A stretch of 64,000 bases of DNA. It comes from Candidatus Bathyarchaeia archaeon (GTDB lineage Archaea; Thermoproteota; Bathyarchaeia; Bathyarchaeales; Bathycorpusculaceae). Shown here in pieces: positions 48,863 through 58,819 of the stretch. The notes beneath the pieces were generated by a model. It was given only the letters and a program-made list of their open reading frames with translations, did not search any database and was not told the DNA's origin. Each line of letters starts with the position of its first letter. Within the stretch, counting starts at the first letter, position 1. The translations under genes and the position numbers were made by a program. Where the stretch lies: NCBI GenBank assembly GCA_050010515.1, contig JBEKKX010000002.1, positions 37,176 to 101,175 of the forward strand, read 5' to 3'.

Positions 48863-50625
48863 CTTACACTAAAAAATCTCCTCGGATCAGTATCGATATC
48901 CACTATCGCTGGCTTAGAAGATGAAAGCGCTCTGTCAACGGCTGCTTCAAGCTCGTTTGGTTCAGTAACCTTAATGCCCATGCCGCCTGAATGCTCAGCA
49001 AAATCAGCAAAACTAAAATCGTACAAATCAGTTTGCCAGCTCTCGAAGCCCTCAACTTTCTGCTCCTGCATAATCATCCCCAACCGTTTATTATTCATGA
49101 CAAAAACTTTAACCGGCAACTTGTACTTCAAAGCGGTTAAAAAATCGCCCATAACCATCGTTAACCCGCCATCGCCAGTTAAACAAACAATCTGTCTGTC
49201 TGGATAAGCCAACGCTGCAGCCATAGCGCCTGGCAAACCAAACCCCATTGTAGCCAAAGTGCCGCTCATCACCATCTTCTGAGACTTGCGCATCATAAAG
49301 TTCCTGCCAAACCACCAGCAGTTTTCACCAACGTCCAAAGAAATCACTGCGTCATCGGCGATTTTCTCGTTCAAAACTTTGATTATGTATGGGGGTCTAA
49401 TCGGCTTCATTTTAGGGTCGGCTTCTTTTTCCAGCTGGTTTCGCCATTCCTGCTTTAACCTTACAATCTCAGCCAAATAGTCAGCGTTCTGTTTCTCCTG
49501 AACTTTCTCTGTCAACTTGGAAATGAGCACTGCACTATTACCAAGCAACCCTACCTCAACAGGATACCTGCGTGCAATCATAAGCGGATTAATATCAATC
49601 TGCACAGTCTTCTTCTGTGGAATCTGCGATAGATCAGAAAACGAAGAACCGATAGCTATTAGCAAATCCGCTTTTTGCATAAGCTCTGCTGCGGCAGTCG
49701 AACCGATACCGCCATGGCATCCAACATACAAAGGTTCATGCTCATCGATAACGCCTTTGCCCCTGAAAGTTGCCATAATCGGCGCAGAAATCTTCGATGC
49801 CAACTTTAACAGCTTGTTGCCTTGGCCTCGAGAGCCAAAACCCGCAAGAATCACTGGCCTAACCGCTTGGTCAACAACATGTGCTGCCTTTTCAATCACC
49901 CATTCTTCCTGTCCATAAGCAAGATTAGGCATTCTGCCCTCAAACGGCAAAACCTCCGCTTCATAAGGCAACTTCTGCACGTCATTAGGAATCCCAATAT
50001 GCGAAACACCCTGATCCAAAAGTGCATGCTTAATCGCCAAAGTCGCCAGCGTAGTAGTTTGGTCCTCAGACATCAAAATCTTGTTAAAAACGCAAATCGG
50101 CTCAAAAAAGGCGGCCTGATCAATCTCTTGCGTTGAACCTGGACCCATCAGTTGCCTAGCTACCAAACCGGTCAACGCTAAAACTGGTGAATGATCTAAC
50201 TTCGCGTCATACAAGCCAGTAGCCAAATTTGTTGCGCCTGGACCGGAAATCCCAAGGCAAGCGGCAACGTGACCGGTGAGTTTTCCATAGGCTGAAGCCA
50301 TGAACGCTGCGGTCTGTTCGTGCCGTACCTGAATGTACTTTACTTTGCCATTGGTTTTTCGTATGGCGTCCACAACGCCTAACGTTGAAGTGCCTGGAAT
50401 ACCGAAAACGTATTGAACCCCCCACTCGGCAATTTGGTTTATCAGAACTTGTGAAACTGTGTGTTCAGCTTTTTTCTCTTCAACTTGTTCAGCTAACAGC
50501 ACGAAAACGGATTTAGGCGCTCCACAAACGGGGCACACCCATTCTTTAGGCAAATCGCTAAACTTCTTTCCTTCCTTTGCTTCATCATAAACATAGTTGC
50601 AAACTGTGCACCTGTATTTTGCCAT
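48859..50625 (-). CDS. rubredoxin-fused TPP enzyme (pyruvate oxidase/acetolactate synthase-like)
   Basis: [11 protein letters not shown]...[10 protein letters not shown] rubredoxin; [21 protein letters not shown]...NN. Confidence 0.92.
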   Translation of the reverse strand: MAKYRCTVCNYVYDEAKEGKKFSDLPKEWVCPVCGAPKSVFVLLAEQVEEKKAEHTVSQVLINQIAEWGVQYVFGIPGTSTLGVVDAIRKTNGKVKYIQVRHEQTAAFMASAYGKLTGHVAACLGISGPGATNLATGLYDAKLDHSPVLALTGLVARQLMGPGSTQEIDQAAFFEPICVFNKILMSEDQTTTLATLAIKHALLDQGVSHIGIPNDVQKLPYEAEVLPFEGRMPNLAYGQEEWVIEKAAHVVDQAVRPVILAGFGSRGQGNKLLKLASKISAPIMATFRGKGVIDEHEPLYVGCHGGIGSTAAAELMQKADLLIAIGSSFSDLSQIPQKKTVQIDINPLMIARRYPVEVGLLGNSAVLISKLTEKVQEKQNADYLAEIVRLKQEWRNQLEKEADPKMKPIRPPYIIKVLNEKIADDAVISLDVGENCWWFGRNFMMRKSQKMVMSGTLATMGFGLPGAMAAALAYPDRQIVCLTGDGGLTMVMGDFLTALKYKLPVKVFVMNNKRLGMIMQEQKVEGFESWQTDLYDFSFADFAEHSGGMGIKVTEPNELEAAVDRALSSSKPAIVDIDTDPRRFFSVR

Positions 50626-50746
50626 AATTCTCCCTCAAAAATGTCTATTAGAATTAAATTGATTCGCCCTTATCAGTGTATTGGAGTTAACTAAAAACAA
50701 TCCGAACAATTCATAAACTTCCCCGATTCACTATTCTCTTAGAGAG

Positions 50747-51688
50747 ATGCACAGCATGGAGAATTGGGACGTCATAATAATCGGTGGCGGTTCCGCGGGT
50801 TTGGCGGCTGGAATTTACGCTGTTCGAAGCGGACTTAAAACTTTAATTTTAGAAGAAAAGTTTCCTGGCGGAACAATCTCTGATGCCTCGATAGTGGTGA
50901 ATTATCTGGGATTTGCTGAGATTAGCGGTGGGGAACTTGCTGAAAAAATGACATCTCATACCAGAAAGGTTGGCGCAATCATTCACGAATTAGAGCCTGT
51001 TACCGAATTAGAGCTTATGAGTGAAAAGAAAATTGTGAAAACCTCGCGAGCAACTTATGAAGCTAAAGCAGTAATTTTTTCCACAGGTTCGCACTATAAA
51101 GAAGCAGGCATCAAAGGTGAAAAAGAATTCCGTGGTAGAGGTGTAAGTTATTGCGGAGTCTGTGATGGACCATTTTTCAAAGGCAAACGAGTGCTTGTTA
51201 TTGGCGGTGGAAATTCAGCCTGCATCACTACGCTTTACCTTTCAGACATAGCTTCCGAGGTCATTGTAACTCACAGGAAAAAAGCATTCAGGGCTGAAGA
51301 ATTTTTGGTGAATGATATAGCATCAAAGAGTAACGTAACCATACTATGGAACACTGAAGTTCAAGAAATCAAAGGTGACAAACAAGTCAAAGCAGTAACT
51401 TTAATCGATAACACGACAGGAAAAACAAGTGAACTAGCAGTTGACGCGGTTTTCGTGCAAGTTGGCGAAGCACCAAACAGCCAACTAGCCAAAGCTGCCG
51501 GAGTAGAAACAGATGAGCATGGATATATCAAAGCTGATATTCGCCAACAGACAAACCTCTCAGGAGTGTTCGCAGCAGGTGATGTCACCAATCATCCAGT
51601 CAAGCAGGTTGGGACAGCCGTTAGTCAAGGCACTATTGCAGCTCTTGAAGCTTACAGTTACATTAGACACCCATATTACAGAAAATAG
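50747..51688 (+). CDS. trxB: thioredoxin-disulfide reductase
   Basis: GGGSAG, GVSYCGVCDG, GGGNSA, GVFAAGD. Confidence 0.93.
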   Translation: MHSMENWDVIIIGGGSAGLAAGIYAVRSGLKTLILEEKFPGGTISDASIVVNYLGFAEISGGELAEKMTSHTRKVGAIIHELEPVTELELMSEKKIVKTSRATYEAKAVIFSTGSHYKEAGIKGEKEFRGRGVSYCGVCDGPFFKGKRVLVIGGGNSACITTLYLSDIASEVIVTHRKKAFRAEEFLVNDIASKSNVTILWNTEVQEIKGDKQVKAVTLIDNTTGKTSELAVDAVFVQVGEAPNSQLAKAAGVETDEHGYIKADIRQQTNLSGVFAAGDVTNHPVKQVGTAVSQGTIAALEAYSYIRHPYYRK

Positions 51689-51794
51689 AGAGAAAGGATT
51701 ATTTCTAGTTAAGGTGGCGGTTTCTCCCGCACAACCCCTCTTTTTTCCTTGAGAGACATACTTGGTTAAAAGACATCGTAAGGAGACAGACACG

Positions 51795-51923
51795 TTGGAA
51801 GAAAAAATGGTCATCTGCCCTGAGTGCGGCAGTCAAAGATCCTACAGAGACGGAATAAGATACAACCGTCTAGGAGAAATCCAGCGTTACCTGTGTCGTG
51901 AGTGCGGCTACAGGTTTTCATAA
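51795..51923 (+). pseudogene. isolated Zn-ribbon fragment (integrase N-terminus / InsA-like)
   Basis: CPECGSQRSYRDGIRYNRLGEIQRYLCRECGYRFS*. Confidence 0.6.
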
Positions 51924-52033
51924 CGCCTAACCAAAACTAATTCTGCGAACAAAAGCATTATCTTACGTACACTATTTTCCACTCAAAAAGAACAAAAATA
52001 CAAAAAAAAGGGCGAGCTTGAGTTATCCGATTA

Positions 52034-52255
52034 CTATTTTCCCATGACTTTTCTAGTGCCGATTTCAATATCTTCCGTTTTGATGGTTTTTCTTCTGGCA
52101 TATATGGCATAATCAAGTGCTTCTTTAGCAATCTTAACGCCAATCTCCTCGAGAACTTTTGCAAGCTCCTTCGCTGCTGCTTCACTCACCCTGTCTGCTC
52201 CAGCTTTCTTACATAATCTATGCATTGGAGCTACAGCTATTACCAATTCGTTCAT
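52034..52255 (-). CDS. archaeal histone (variant)
   Basis: APMHRLCKKAGADRVSE...RKTIKTEDI histone fold; ATG at 52255. Confidence 0.92.
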   Translation of the reverse strand: MNELVIAVAPMHRLCKKAGADRVSEAAAKELAKVLEEIGVKIAKEALDYAIYARRKTIKTEDIEIGTRKVMGK

Positions 52256-52670
52256 ATAGACTTCTCCGCAGCCTCTTTTTCTTTTTAAGGCAATATTAAC
52301 CTTTGTTATCTTTTTCTCTAAATTAAAAACGCAACATCTTCTTTTTTTGTTTCTAAATTGACTCATGTAAGGCATTTTTGGCTCCAAATTACAAGCTATT
52401 CGAAATGAAACCATTTAACTGAATAAGAAAGATGCCCTGATTCCCATATTATTTACATTCCGCTTACGCAATTAATAATTTCTACCTCTGCATCAATTAT
52501 CATTTACTTCTGAATGGGTTGTCCAAGGCAAGCAATCGAAACCCAGGAACTTTTAGAGATTTTATGGCTTAATTCTTGCGATTTCAATTAAAGAGTCTCA
52601 AATACAGCGTGGGCTTTAACAAATTATAAATACAAATTACTGACATATATAAAATCCCGAGGTTATATTA

Positions 52671-52727
52671 GTGGCCAAGAAACCAGTTAAGAAAGAAGAA
52701 AAGAAAGCCCCAGCAAAGAAAAAGTAA
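52671..52727 (+). CDS. 18-aa Lys-rich micropeptide
   Basis: GTG start, MAKKPVKKEEKKAPAKKK*, GAGGT SD, TATA-like motifs upstream, T-tract downstream. Confidence 0.45.
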   Translation: MAKKPVKKEEKKAPAKKK

Positions 52728-52767
52728 AACCTCGGCATAGGTACATTTACTTCTCTATTTTTTTCTT

Positions 52768-53025
52768 TTAATAATACATGGCGATTTGGGGTTTGAACCC
52801 ATGCCTTGCTGGAGATTTCACCCCCATAATCCCCCTTTTTTCTATTTTGTGAACGTGCCCCGCTTTAATTGACTTGTTTTTTGCCGTTTCCAAAATATCT
52901 TGAGACAACATTTTCGTGTTAAGACACGCATTCGATTTTTCAGTGTTGGCGAGAAGCTGGTAGAAACCAAGCTTTTCCCCAGCATACTCCTCAAGGACAG
53001 CCCAATCCTCAATGATATTTACCAA
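52768..53025 (-). pseudogene. probable truncated small hypothetical protein
   Basis: SD AGGTGA and a protein-like N-terminus (MVNIIEDWAVLEEYAGEKLGFYQLL); the remainder looks like read-through into intergenic DNA. Confidence 0.4.
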
Positions 53026-53231
53026 GTTTATTTCACCTTAAACTATGTCACAGCCTGAGCATAAAAGAAATCTGGCAGCGCTAAAGCACAGTGTCAAAAA
53101 ACGGACATATCCACAGGTCATTAGCAACAGAGCGCAACAAGAGGGAGCGAGAGAGAAAAAGCGAAGTTTAGGCATGTGAATTAAAATTTAATCCAACCAA
53201 CCAACATACTAACAACTACAACCCTATTCAA

Positions 53232-53324
53232 ATCACAATTGAGGAGTTGCAAGGTTTGCTGCAAGTAGGCTTTGAATACGTGACTGACTTTCAAGGGCAA
53301 AAGGTTCTGAGGAAGCGAAAGTGA
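53232..53324 (+). pseudogene. integrase C-terminal fragment
   Basis: TIEELQGLLQVGFEYVTDFQGQKVLRKRK* resembles the GFEYV..RKRK tail I recall from bathyarchaeal tyrosine recombinases. Confidence 0.6.
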
Positions 53325-53473
53325 TGGCAACGAAATTATATAGATATCGCAAAAAATAGAGAGAAAGAATTATATCATTCTAAAGCCCTTTTCATGCTTT
53401 CAATACGCTTTAAGCTAGCATTTTAGTATGCTACAGTTTAAAGTTGCAACGGTGTATGAAAAGAGGTTTCAGA

Positions 53474-54700
53474 ATGAGTGAAAAATGTCTCGCTGTAGTA
53501 GAAATCGATCAAGACTTATGCAGCCAATGTTGTGTTTGCCACTCAATTTGTCCTTATGAAGCAATAAAACGTGATTCAAGCGGAAAAGTTGAAGTTAATA
53601 ATCAAGAATGCCAAGTTTGCGGCATATGCTATAGCGCTTGCCCAGTTTCAGCCATTAAAATGCAATATTATACTTACGATAATTTATCAAACTACGTTAA
53701 ACAGGCACGTGCAAAAGCCAAAGGCGACGTTGACACGCTTGTTTTAATGTGTCGAGGAAACTCACCTTCCACAGGTGAAGTTCAAGATATCCTTAAGGAG
53801 CAAGGATTAAAGGTTGACAATTACATTGCGTTACGTTTGCCCTGTTCAGGCAGAGTTCCAACTGACTTTATTTTTGATACGCTGAATTCAGGCGTAAAAA
53901 ACATTGTTTCTGTTCAATGCGAAGACCCCTTCTGCCGCTACAAAGAAGGCACAAAAATAAACACTCGAAGACTCGTTTTAGCAAGAAATGTTCTCAAACA
54001 ATTAGGCTACGATGAAAACGCCGTCAGAATAATAAAGTTCTCCCGCAAAGCAGTTTATGATGTCCAAGCATGCGTGGGCTGTGACAAATGCATCTTCATC
54101 TGTCCGTATAAGGCGCTTGAGTTTGAATCGTTTGCTACTCCAAAAGTAAACGAGGAAAAATGTGTAGGTTGTGGAGCATGCCAACTGGTTTGTCCGCATC
54201 ACGCTATTCAAGTGAAAGGCTTTGAGTTTGAAAATGTGGTAAACCGTTATGGAGATTCGATTGCACAGTTGAAAGCTAAAAACCATGGTCCAGCAGTTCT
54301 CGCATTTGTTTGTCAATGGTCAAACTTCTCAGCTTTAGACAACCCTAACTGTGCGTTTGAAGGCAAAAACGTGTTAGCTCTCGAAGTTCCATGCTTTAAA
54401 TCCTTAGATCCAGTTCACGTCATCAACGCGTTAAACTGCGGTTTCGACGGTGTAATGGCAGTAGTCTGCTCAGCACAAGACTGCAGGCTTCAAGAAGGCA
54501 GAGCCGCCGCAGAACGCAACTTGGACGTATTATGGAATGTGTTGAGAAAGAACAATCTTCTTGACCGATTCGAAATTTACGAAGAGTCACCAAGATGTGC
54601 TGACGAGTTCAATCAGAAACTGGATGCTTTCTACAAAAAGATTTCAGCGTTACCAAAACGTGAAATAACCGTGGAGGCGAAAGCAAAACGTACAAAATAG
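53474..54700 (+). CDS. tandem [2x4Fe-4S ferredoxin + MvhD/FlpD] x2 iron-sulfur protein
   Basis: Four CxxCxxCxxxCP motifs; two MvhD-like domains (LMC..PCSGRV..C....CRY.EG and FVCQWS..PC..DP..GFDGV..C....CR..EG). Confidence 0.85.
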   Translation: MSEKCLAVVEIDQDLCSQCCVCHSICPYEAIKRDSSGKVEVNNQECQVCGICYSACPVSAIKMQYYTYDNLSNYVKQARAKAKGDVDTLVLMCRGNSPSTGEVQDILKEQGLKVDNYIALRLPCSGRVPTDFIFDTLNSGVKNIVSVQCEDPFCRYKEGTKINTRRLVLARNVLKQLGYDENAVRIIKFSRKAVYDVQACVGCDKCIFICPYKALEFESFATPKVNEEKCVGCGACQLVCPHHAIQVKGFEFENVVNRYGDSIAQLKAKNHGPAVLAFVCQWSNFSALDNPNCAFEGKNVLALEVPCFKSLDPVHVINALNCGFDGVMAVVCSAQDCRLQEGRAAAERNLDVLWNVLRKNNLLDRFEIYEESPRCADEFNQKLDAFYKKISALPKREITVEAKAKRTK

Positions 54701-55527
54701 TAACTAAAAAAGAACTTGTGCCGAAAATAAAACTGTTCGAAGTTGAAGCTCCAGACATTGCAGCTAAATCGCAAGCTGGGCAATTCATAATAGTCATAAA
54801 CGGCAAAGAAGGCGAACGAATACCCCTGACGATCTGTGGATATGACACAGCGAAAGGAACGGTGTCGTTTGCTTTTCATGAAGTTGGCAAAACAACGAAA
54901 GCACTTGGCTTACTAAACCAGAATGAATGCATCGACAACGTTACTGGTCCACTTGGCAATCCATCTGAAGTCAAGAACTTCGGTAAAGTTCTCTGTGTTG
55001 GCGGAAGCGTGATGATTGCGCCGTTGCTGTTGCAGGTTAAAGCCATGAAAGCAGCAGGCAACAACGTAACCACTATTCTTGGCGCTAGGACAAAAGAGTT
55101 CATAATGATGGAAGAAGAAGCTAAAGCCATGAGCGATAAGGTTTACATTGCAACGGATGACGGTTCAAAAGGCTATGCAGGTTTAGATTTCCTCAAAGAC
55201 TTGCTAAAGACGGAAAAGTTTGACCGCTGTGTAGTTATGGGTCCAGTAATCCTAATGAAGGATGTTAGCGAAATCACCAAGCCCTATGGCATACCAACAA
55301 TTGTAACTGTAACGCCTATAATGATTGACGGCATGGGCATGTGCGGAGTATGCCGAGTAACAGTTGACGGCAAAATGCAGTTTGGCTGCGTTGACGGACC
55401 AGAATTTGACGGTCACAAGGTTGATTTCGACCAGTTAATTTTGCGTCAGCGCACGATGTTGCCTGAAGAAAGGTTAAGTTCAGTATTGTGGGAAATGCGT
55501 GGAGGTTGCAAGTGTGGCAGAAGTTAA
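54688..55527 (+). CDS. nfnA: NfnA/SudB-like FAD/NAD-binding [2Fe-2S] subunit
   Basis: GQFII..GERIPLT, GPLG, MIDGMGMCGVCRV..CVDGPEFDGH. Homologous N-terminus YKIVTKKEL begins at ACG 54688; track start is GTG 54718. Confidence 0.88.
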   Translation, partial: TYKIVTKKELVPKIKLFEVEAPDIAAKSQAGQFIIVINGKEGERIPLTICGYDTAKGTVSFAFHEVGKTTKALGLLNQNECIDNVTGPLGNPSEVKNFGKVLCVGGSVMIAPLLLQVKAMKAAGNNVTTILGARTKEFIMMEEEAKAMSDKVYIATDDGSKGYAGLDFLKDLLKTEKFDRCVVMGPVILMKDVSEITKPYGIPTIVTVTPIMIDGMGMCGVCRVTVDGKMQFGCVDGPEFDGHKVDFDQLILRQRTMLPEERLSSVLWEMRGGCKCGRS

Positions 55528-56923
55528 GCCTAAACCAAAATTAAACAAGAAAGCCGTTGAAATGGCTAAGCAAAATCCTAAAGTAAGGGCTAAAAACTTT
55601 AACGAAGTCGCTTTGGGTTACACTGAAGCTGAAACGCTTGAAGAAGCAAGCCGATGCTTACAGTGTCCTAAGCCTCAATGTATAGCTGGGTGCCCAGTTG
55701 AAGTTCCCATTCCCGGCTTCATAAAACTGATCAGAGAAAAGAAGTATGCTGAAGCCATAGCGTTGATAAAAGCGAAGAACGCGCTGCCCGCAGTTTGCGG
55801 AAGAGTTTGCCCTCAAGAAGTACAATGCCAAGCCAATTGTGTCGTGGGAAAAATGGGTGAGCCAATCAGCATCGGGCGACTAGAGCGTTTTCTTGCAGAT
55901 TGGGAACGTGACAATGGTTCTCAGATTCCGCAGAAAGCTCCACCAACTGGCAAGAAAGTAGCTATTGTCGGTGCTGGTCCAGCTGGATTGACTGCTGCAG
56001 CTGACTTAGTTAAGCTTGGTTACGATGTTACAATGTTTGAGGCTTTACATGTTGGTGGTGGAGTACTGTCATATGGTATTCCCGAGTTTCGTTTACCAAA
56101 AGCTATAGTACAAAATGAGGTAGCATATATTCAAAAGTTAGGTGTTGATTTGCGCCTTGGCAACTTGGTTGGCAGAATCCATACGATTCCAGAACTCATG
56201 AAGAATGGTTATGACGCAGTATTCATCGGCAGCGGCGCAGGCTTGCCGCAGTTCACTGGTTGCCCAGGAGAAAACCTTGGCGGAATCTACTCAGCTAACG
56301 AGTTCCTAATACGCGTTAACCTCATGAAAGCATTCCAATTTCCAGACTACGATACTCCAATACGCATAGGCAAACATGTGGTCGTCATTGGCGGCGGAAA
56401 CGTTGCTATGGACTGCGCAAGAAGCAGTTTGAGGCTTGGGGCTGAAGTTTGCTTGCTTTATCGGCGTTCACGTACTGAGTTGCCAGCGAGACATGAAGAA
56501 ATAGAAAATGCTGAGGAAGAAGGCGTGGTCTGCAAGTTCCTTGGTGCACCCCTCGAGTTTTACGGTGACGAGAGCGGCTGGGTTAAAAGCATGAAATGCA
56601 TAGCGATGGAGCTCACTGAACCTGACGCGAAAGGCAGACGTGGCGTTAAAGAAGTTCCAGGCTCCGAGTTCACAATGGACGTTGACACAGTCATCGTAGC
56701 CATCGGTCAAACACCAAACCCAATCATACAGCGAACAACAGACGGCTTACAAAGCGACCCCAGACATGGAACAATATGCGTTAACGAAGTAGGCAAAACC
56801 AGCTTAGAAGGAGTTTACGCAGGCGGAGACGTCGCAACAGGCGCAGCAACAGTCATCAGCGCAATGGGCGCAGGCAAACGCGCAGCAAAAGCAATGCACG
56901 AATACCTCCTAAACAAGAAATAA
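55514..56923 (+). CDS. nfnB: NfnB/SudA-like (GltD homolog) NADPH-dependent oxidoreductase
   Basis: EASRCLQC, GCPV, CGRVCPQE.QC, GAGPAG, YGIPEFRLPK, GGGNVAMD. Confidence 0.92.
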   Translation: MAEVKPKPKLNKKAVEMAKQNPKVRAKNFNEVALGYTEAETLEEASRCLQCPKPQCIAGCPVEVPIPGFIKLIREKKYAEAIALIKAKNALPAVCGRVCPQEVQCQANCVVGKMGEPISIGRLERFLADWERDNGSQIPQKAPPTGKKVAIVGAGPAGLTAAADLVKLGYDVTMFEALHVGGGVLSYGIPEFRLPKAIVQNEVAYIQKLGVDLRLGNLVGRIHTIPELMKNGYDAVFIGSGAGLPQFTGCPGENLGGIYSANEFLIRVNLMKAFQFPDYDTPIRIGKHVVVIGGGNVAMDCARSSLRLGAEVCLLYRRSRTELPARHEEIENAEEEGVVCKFLGAPLEFYGDESGWVKSMKCIAMELTEPDAKGRRGVKEVPGSEFTMDVDTVIVAIGQTPNPIIQRTTDGLQSDPRHGTICVNEVGKTSLEGVYAGGDVATGAATVISAMGAGKRAAKAMHEYLLNKK

Positions 56924-57123
56924 GTTTGCTGAAGTAGGTTAGGCTCTTTGAGATTTTCCATTCTTTATTTAATGGATTAACTCTTTTTGTTTTTTAACCT
57001 TATTAAATGCCCGAAGCTCGGGCGGCTGAAATCTGTTCTTCAACATTCTTGCAAATTATAAGTTACTTTGCCATAGAGTAATATAGCTTCAAAGCGAATG
57101 AAACCTGCTAGAGCGGTTAATGC

Positions 57124-57840
57124 ATGAGAAAGATGAAAGGGTCAAGCAGCTATCTCAAGAACCAAGTTAGAAAAAACTTGGCAAAAGCGGTTCTCTGCAT
57201 AGCCTTATTTTTCTTAATCCTTTTCGCCCTAAGTTTAAGAGCGCTTTTCACCCTGAGCTTGAGCATTTTTGAGGCTGCTGGACTGTTGGTTTCGCTGGTG
57301 CCGTTAGCCGCGTTTTACTTTTACCTGCGCAAGTACCGAATTTACAATGCGGGTTGGAAAGGCGAAAAACAAGTAGCGAAGCTCCTCAACAACAAGCTTA
57401 GCGATGACTATTTCCTCATAAACGACCTATACCTGCATAACGGCGGCGGCGACATCGACCATGTCGTTCTTGCGTCCAGTGGCATCTTTGTTTTGGAGAC
57501 CAAGAACTGGAGCGGCGACATAACCTGCAATGGTGATGACTGGCAAAGAGCTGGAAAACGTAACTTCAAGGGCAGCCCAAGTCGGCAGGTCAAAAGGAAT
57601 GCTGCCAAAATAAAAAACTTGCTCGATTCTTCGCAAGTTTTTAGGTCGCTGGATGTTTGGGTTGAAGGCATCGTAGTTTTTACAAACAACAATGCAGCTC
57701 TCCACTTAAACGGTCCCACCGTTTTAATCCTTAAACTTCCTCAACTTCCCAACTACATAACCACATACAGAAGCTCAAGCAACTACTCCCGCCAACAACT
57801 AGAAGCTATCGGAGAAGAAATCCTCAAACAAAAACGCTAA
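57124..57840 (+). CDS. membrane-anchored NERD nuclease-related domain protein
   Basis: Two TM helices, GWKGE..V, DIDHVV..GIFVLETKNW, SPSRQ. Confidence 0.88.
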   Translation: MRKMKGSSSYLKNQVRKNLAKAVLCIALFFLILFALSLRALFTLSLSIFEAAGLLVSLVPLAAFYFYLRKYRIYNAGWKGEKQVAKLLNNKLSDDYFLINDLYLHNGGGDIDHVVLASSGIFVLETKNWSGDITCNGDDWQRAGKRNFKGSPSRQVKRNAAKIKNLLDSSQVFRSLDVWVEGIVVFTNNNAALHLNGPTVLILKLPQLPNYITTYRSSSNYSRQQLEAIGEEILKQKR

Positions 57841-57848
57841 AGGATAAT

Positions 57849-58529
57849 TTACTTTGCAGGTATGATTTTCAGCCATGCCTTTCTTTTTACACAAGCAAAG
57901 GAAGTAAGGCTAGTTATTAGTAAGGTGCCGATTATAAAAGATCTGGGAAAAATCTGCTCAGGATTTTGTGCCACCCAGATGCTGACGGCAAGAAAAACAT
58001 AAAACGTAACGAACCCTGTAAACAATTGAATCATATGAATTGCTTTTCGCCACTGATAAACCCTTGTCTTTAACCTGTTGAGGGTAGATTCGACTCGTTT
58101 TGAAACATCTGGAAAGTCGTCTAAGAACAAGGTTAACCCAGTTAAGACAAAAAATCGCCCAGCGTTGACCGCTACGTTTGAAGTGTTTATCAGAAAGAGG
58201 CTAAGTAAAGAAACGGATGTAAATACCACTACGTAAATAGATGATGATAGTAAAAAAAGGAAGCCGTAGACGTAATGGTGGAACCAGAGTCGTCCAGTAT
58301 GCAGACATCTGCCTATACACGCGCTTGGAAATATGTTGATGACCGCTGCGGCGGCTACCAATAGAAAAAGGTTACCGTTAATAAGGTATGGTGAATATGG
58401 CTTCCAGTAAGGCCAAGCACTATAAAAACCATACAGGATTCCAGCTACAGCAGCTAGAGTTATGAGTGAATTTAGGATTAATGATAAACTGAATATTTTT
58501 TTCAAGTATACGCATATGGAACAACCCAT
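57849..58529 (-). CDS. hypothetical membrane protein
   Basis: Multiple TM helices, HHYVYG and LFLDDFPD motifs. Confidence 0.75.
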   Translation of the reverse strand: MGCSICVYLKKIFSLSLILNSLITLAAVAGILYGFYSAWPYWKPYSPYLINGNLFLLVAAAAVINIFPSACIGRCLHTGRLWFHHYVYGFLFLLSSSIYVVVFTSVSLLSLFLINTSNVAVNAGRFFVLTGLTLFLDDFPDVSKRVESTLNRLKTRVYQWRKAIHMIQLFTGFVTFYVFLAVSIWVAQNPEQIFPRSFIIGTLLITSLTSFACVKRKAWLKIIPAK

Positions 58530-58819
58530 AGTTAATCCCAGAAACTGCCCTACCGTTACTGCTCTTTTTCAATTTTTTTACGACATACTAACAATAACAC
58601 TCATTTATAATTAACGTATGTTAGGGATTAAAAAAATGTAGTGAGTCACTAACAGAAGCCATCATTGTGCTTAATGCCGCGATATAGAACGTTGCTTTTT
58701 GAGTTTTGCTTGGATTTTTTTGTTAATTTTTAGCTCACCAATAAAGTATTATCTAAACAGCCATAGCATTCTCTTTGGCTAAAACTTATAGGCATTCAGG
58801 CTAGCATTAACCTGTAAAT

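Noticed and set aside
52256-52414. Long N-terminal tail on the histone
   Set aside because: The extension is AT-rich promoter-like sequence; an SD-like GGAG precedes ATG 52255, which gives a normal 73-aa histone.
55514-56923. Glutamate synthase small subunit
   Set aside because: No large subunit nearby, and it is coupled to an NfnA/SudB-like gene, so Nfn is the better call.
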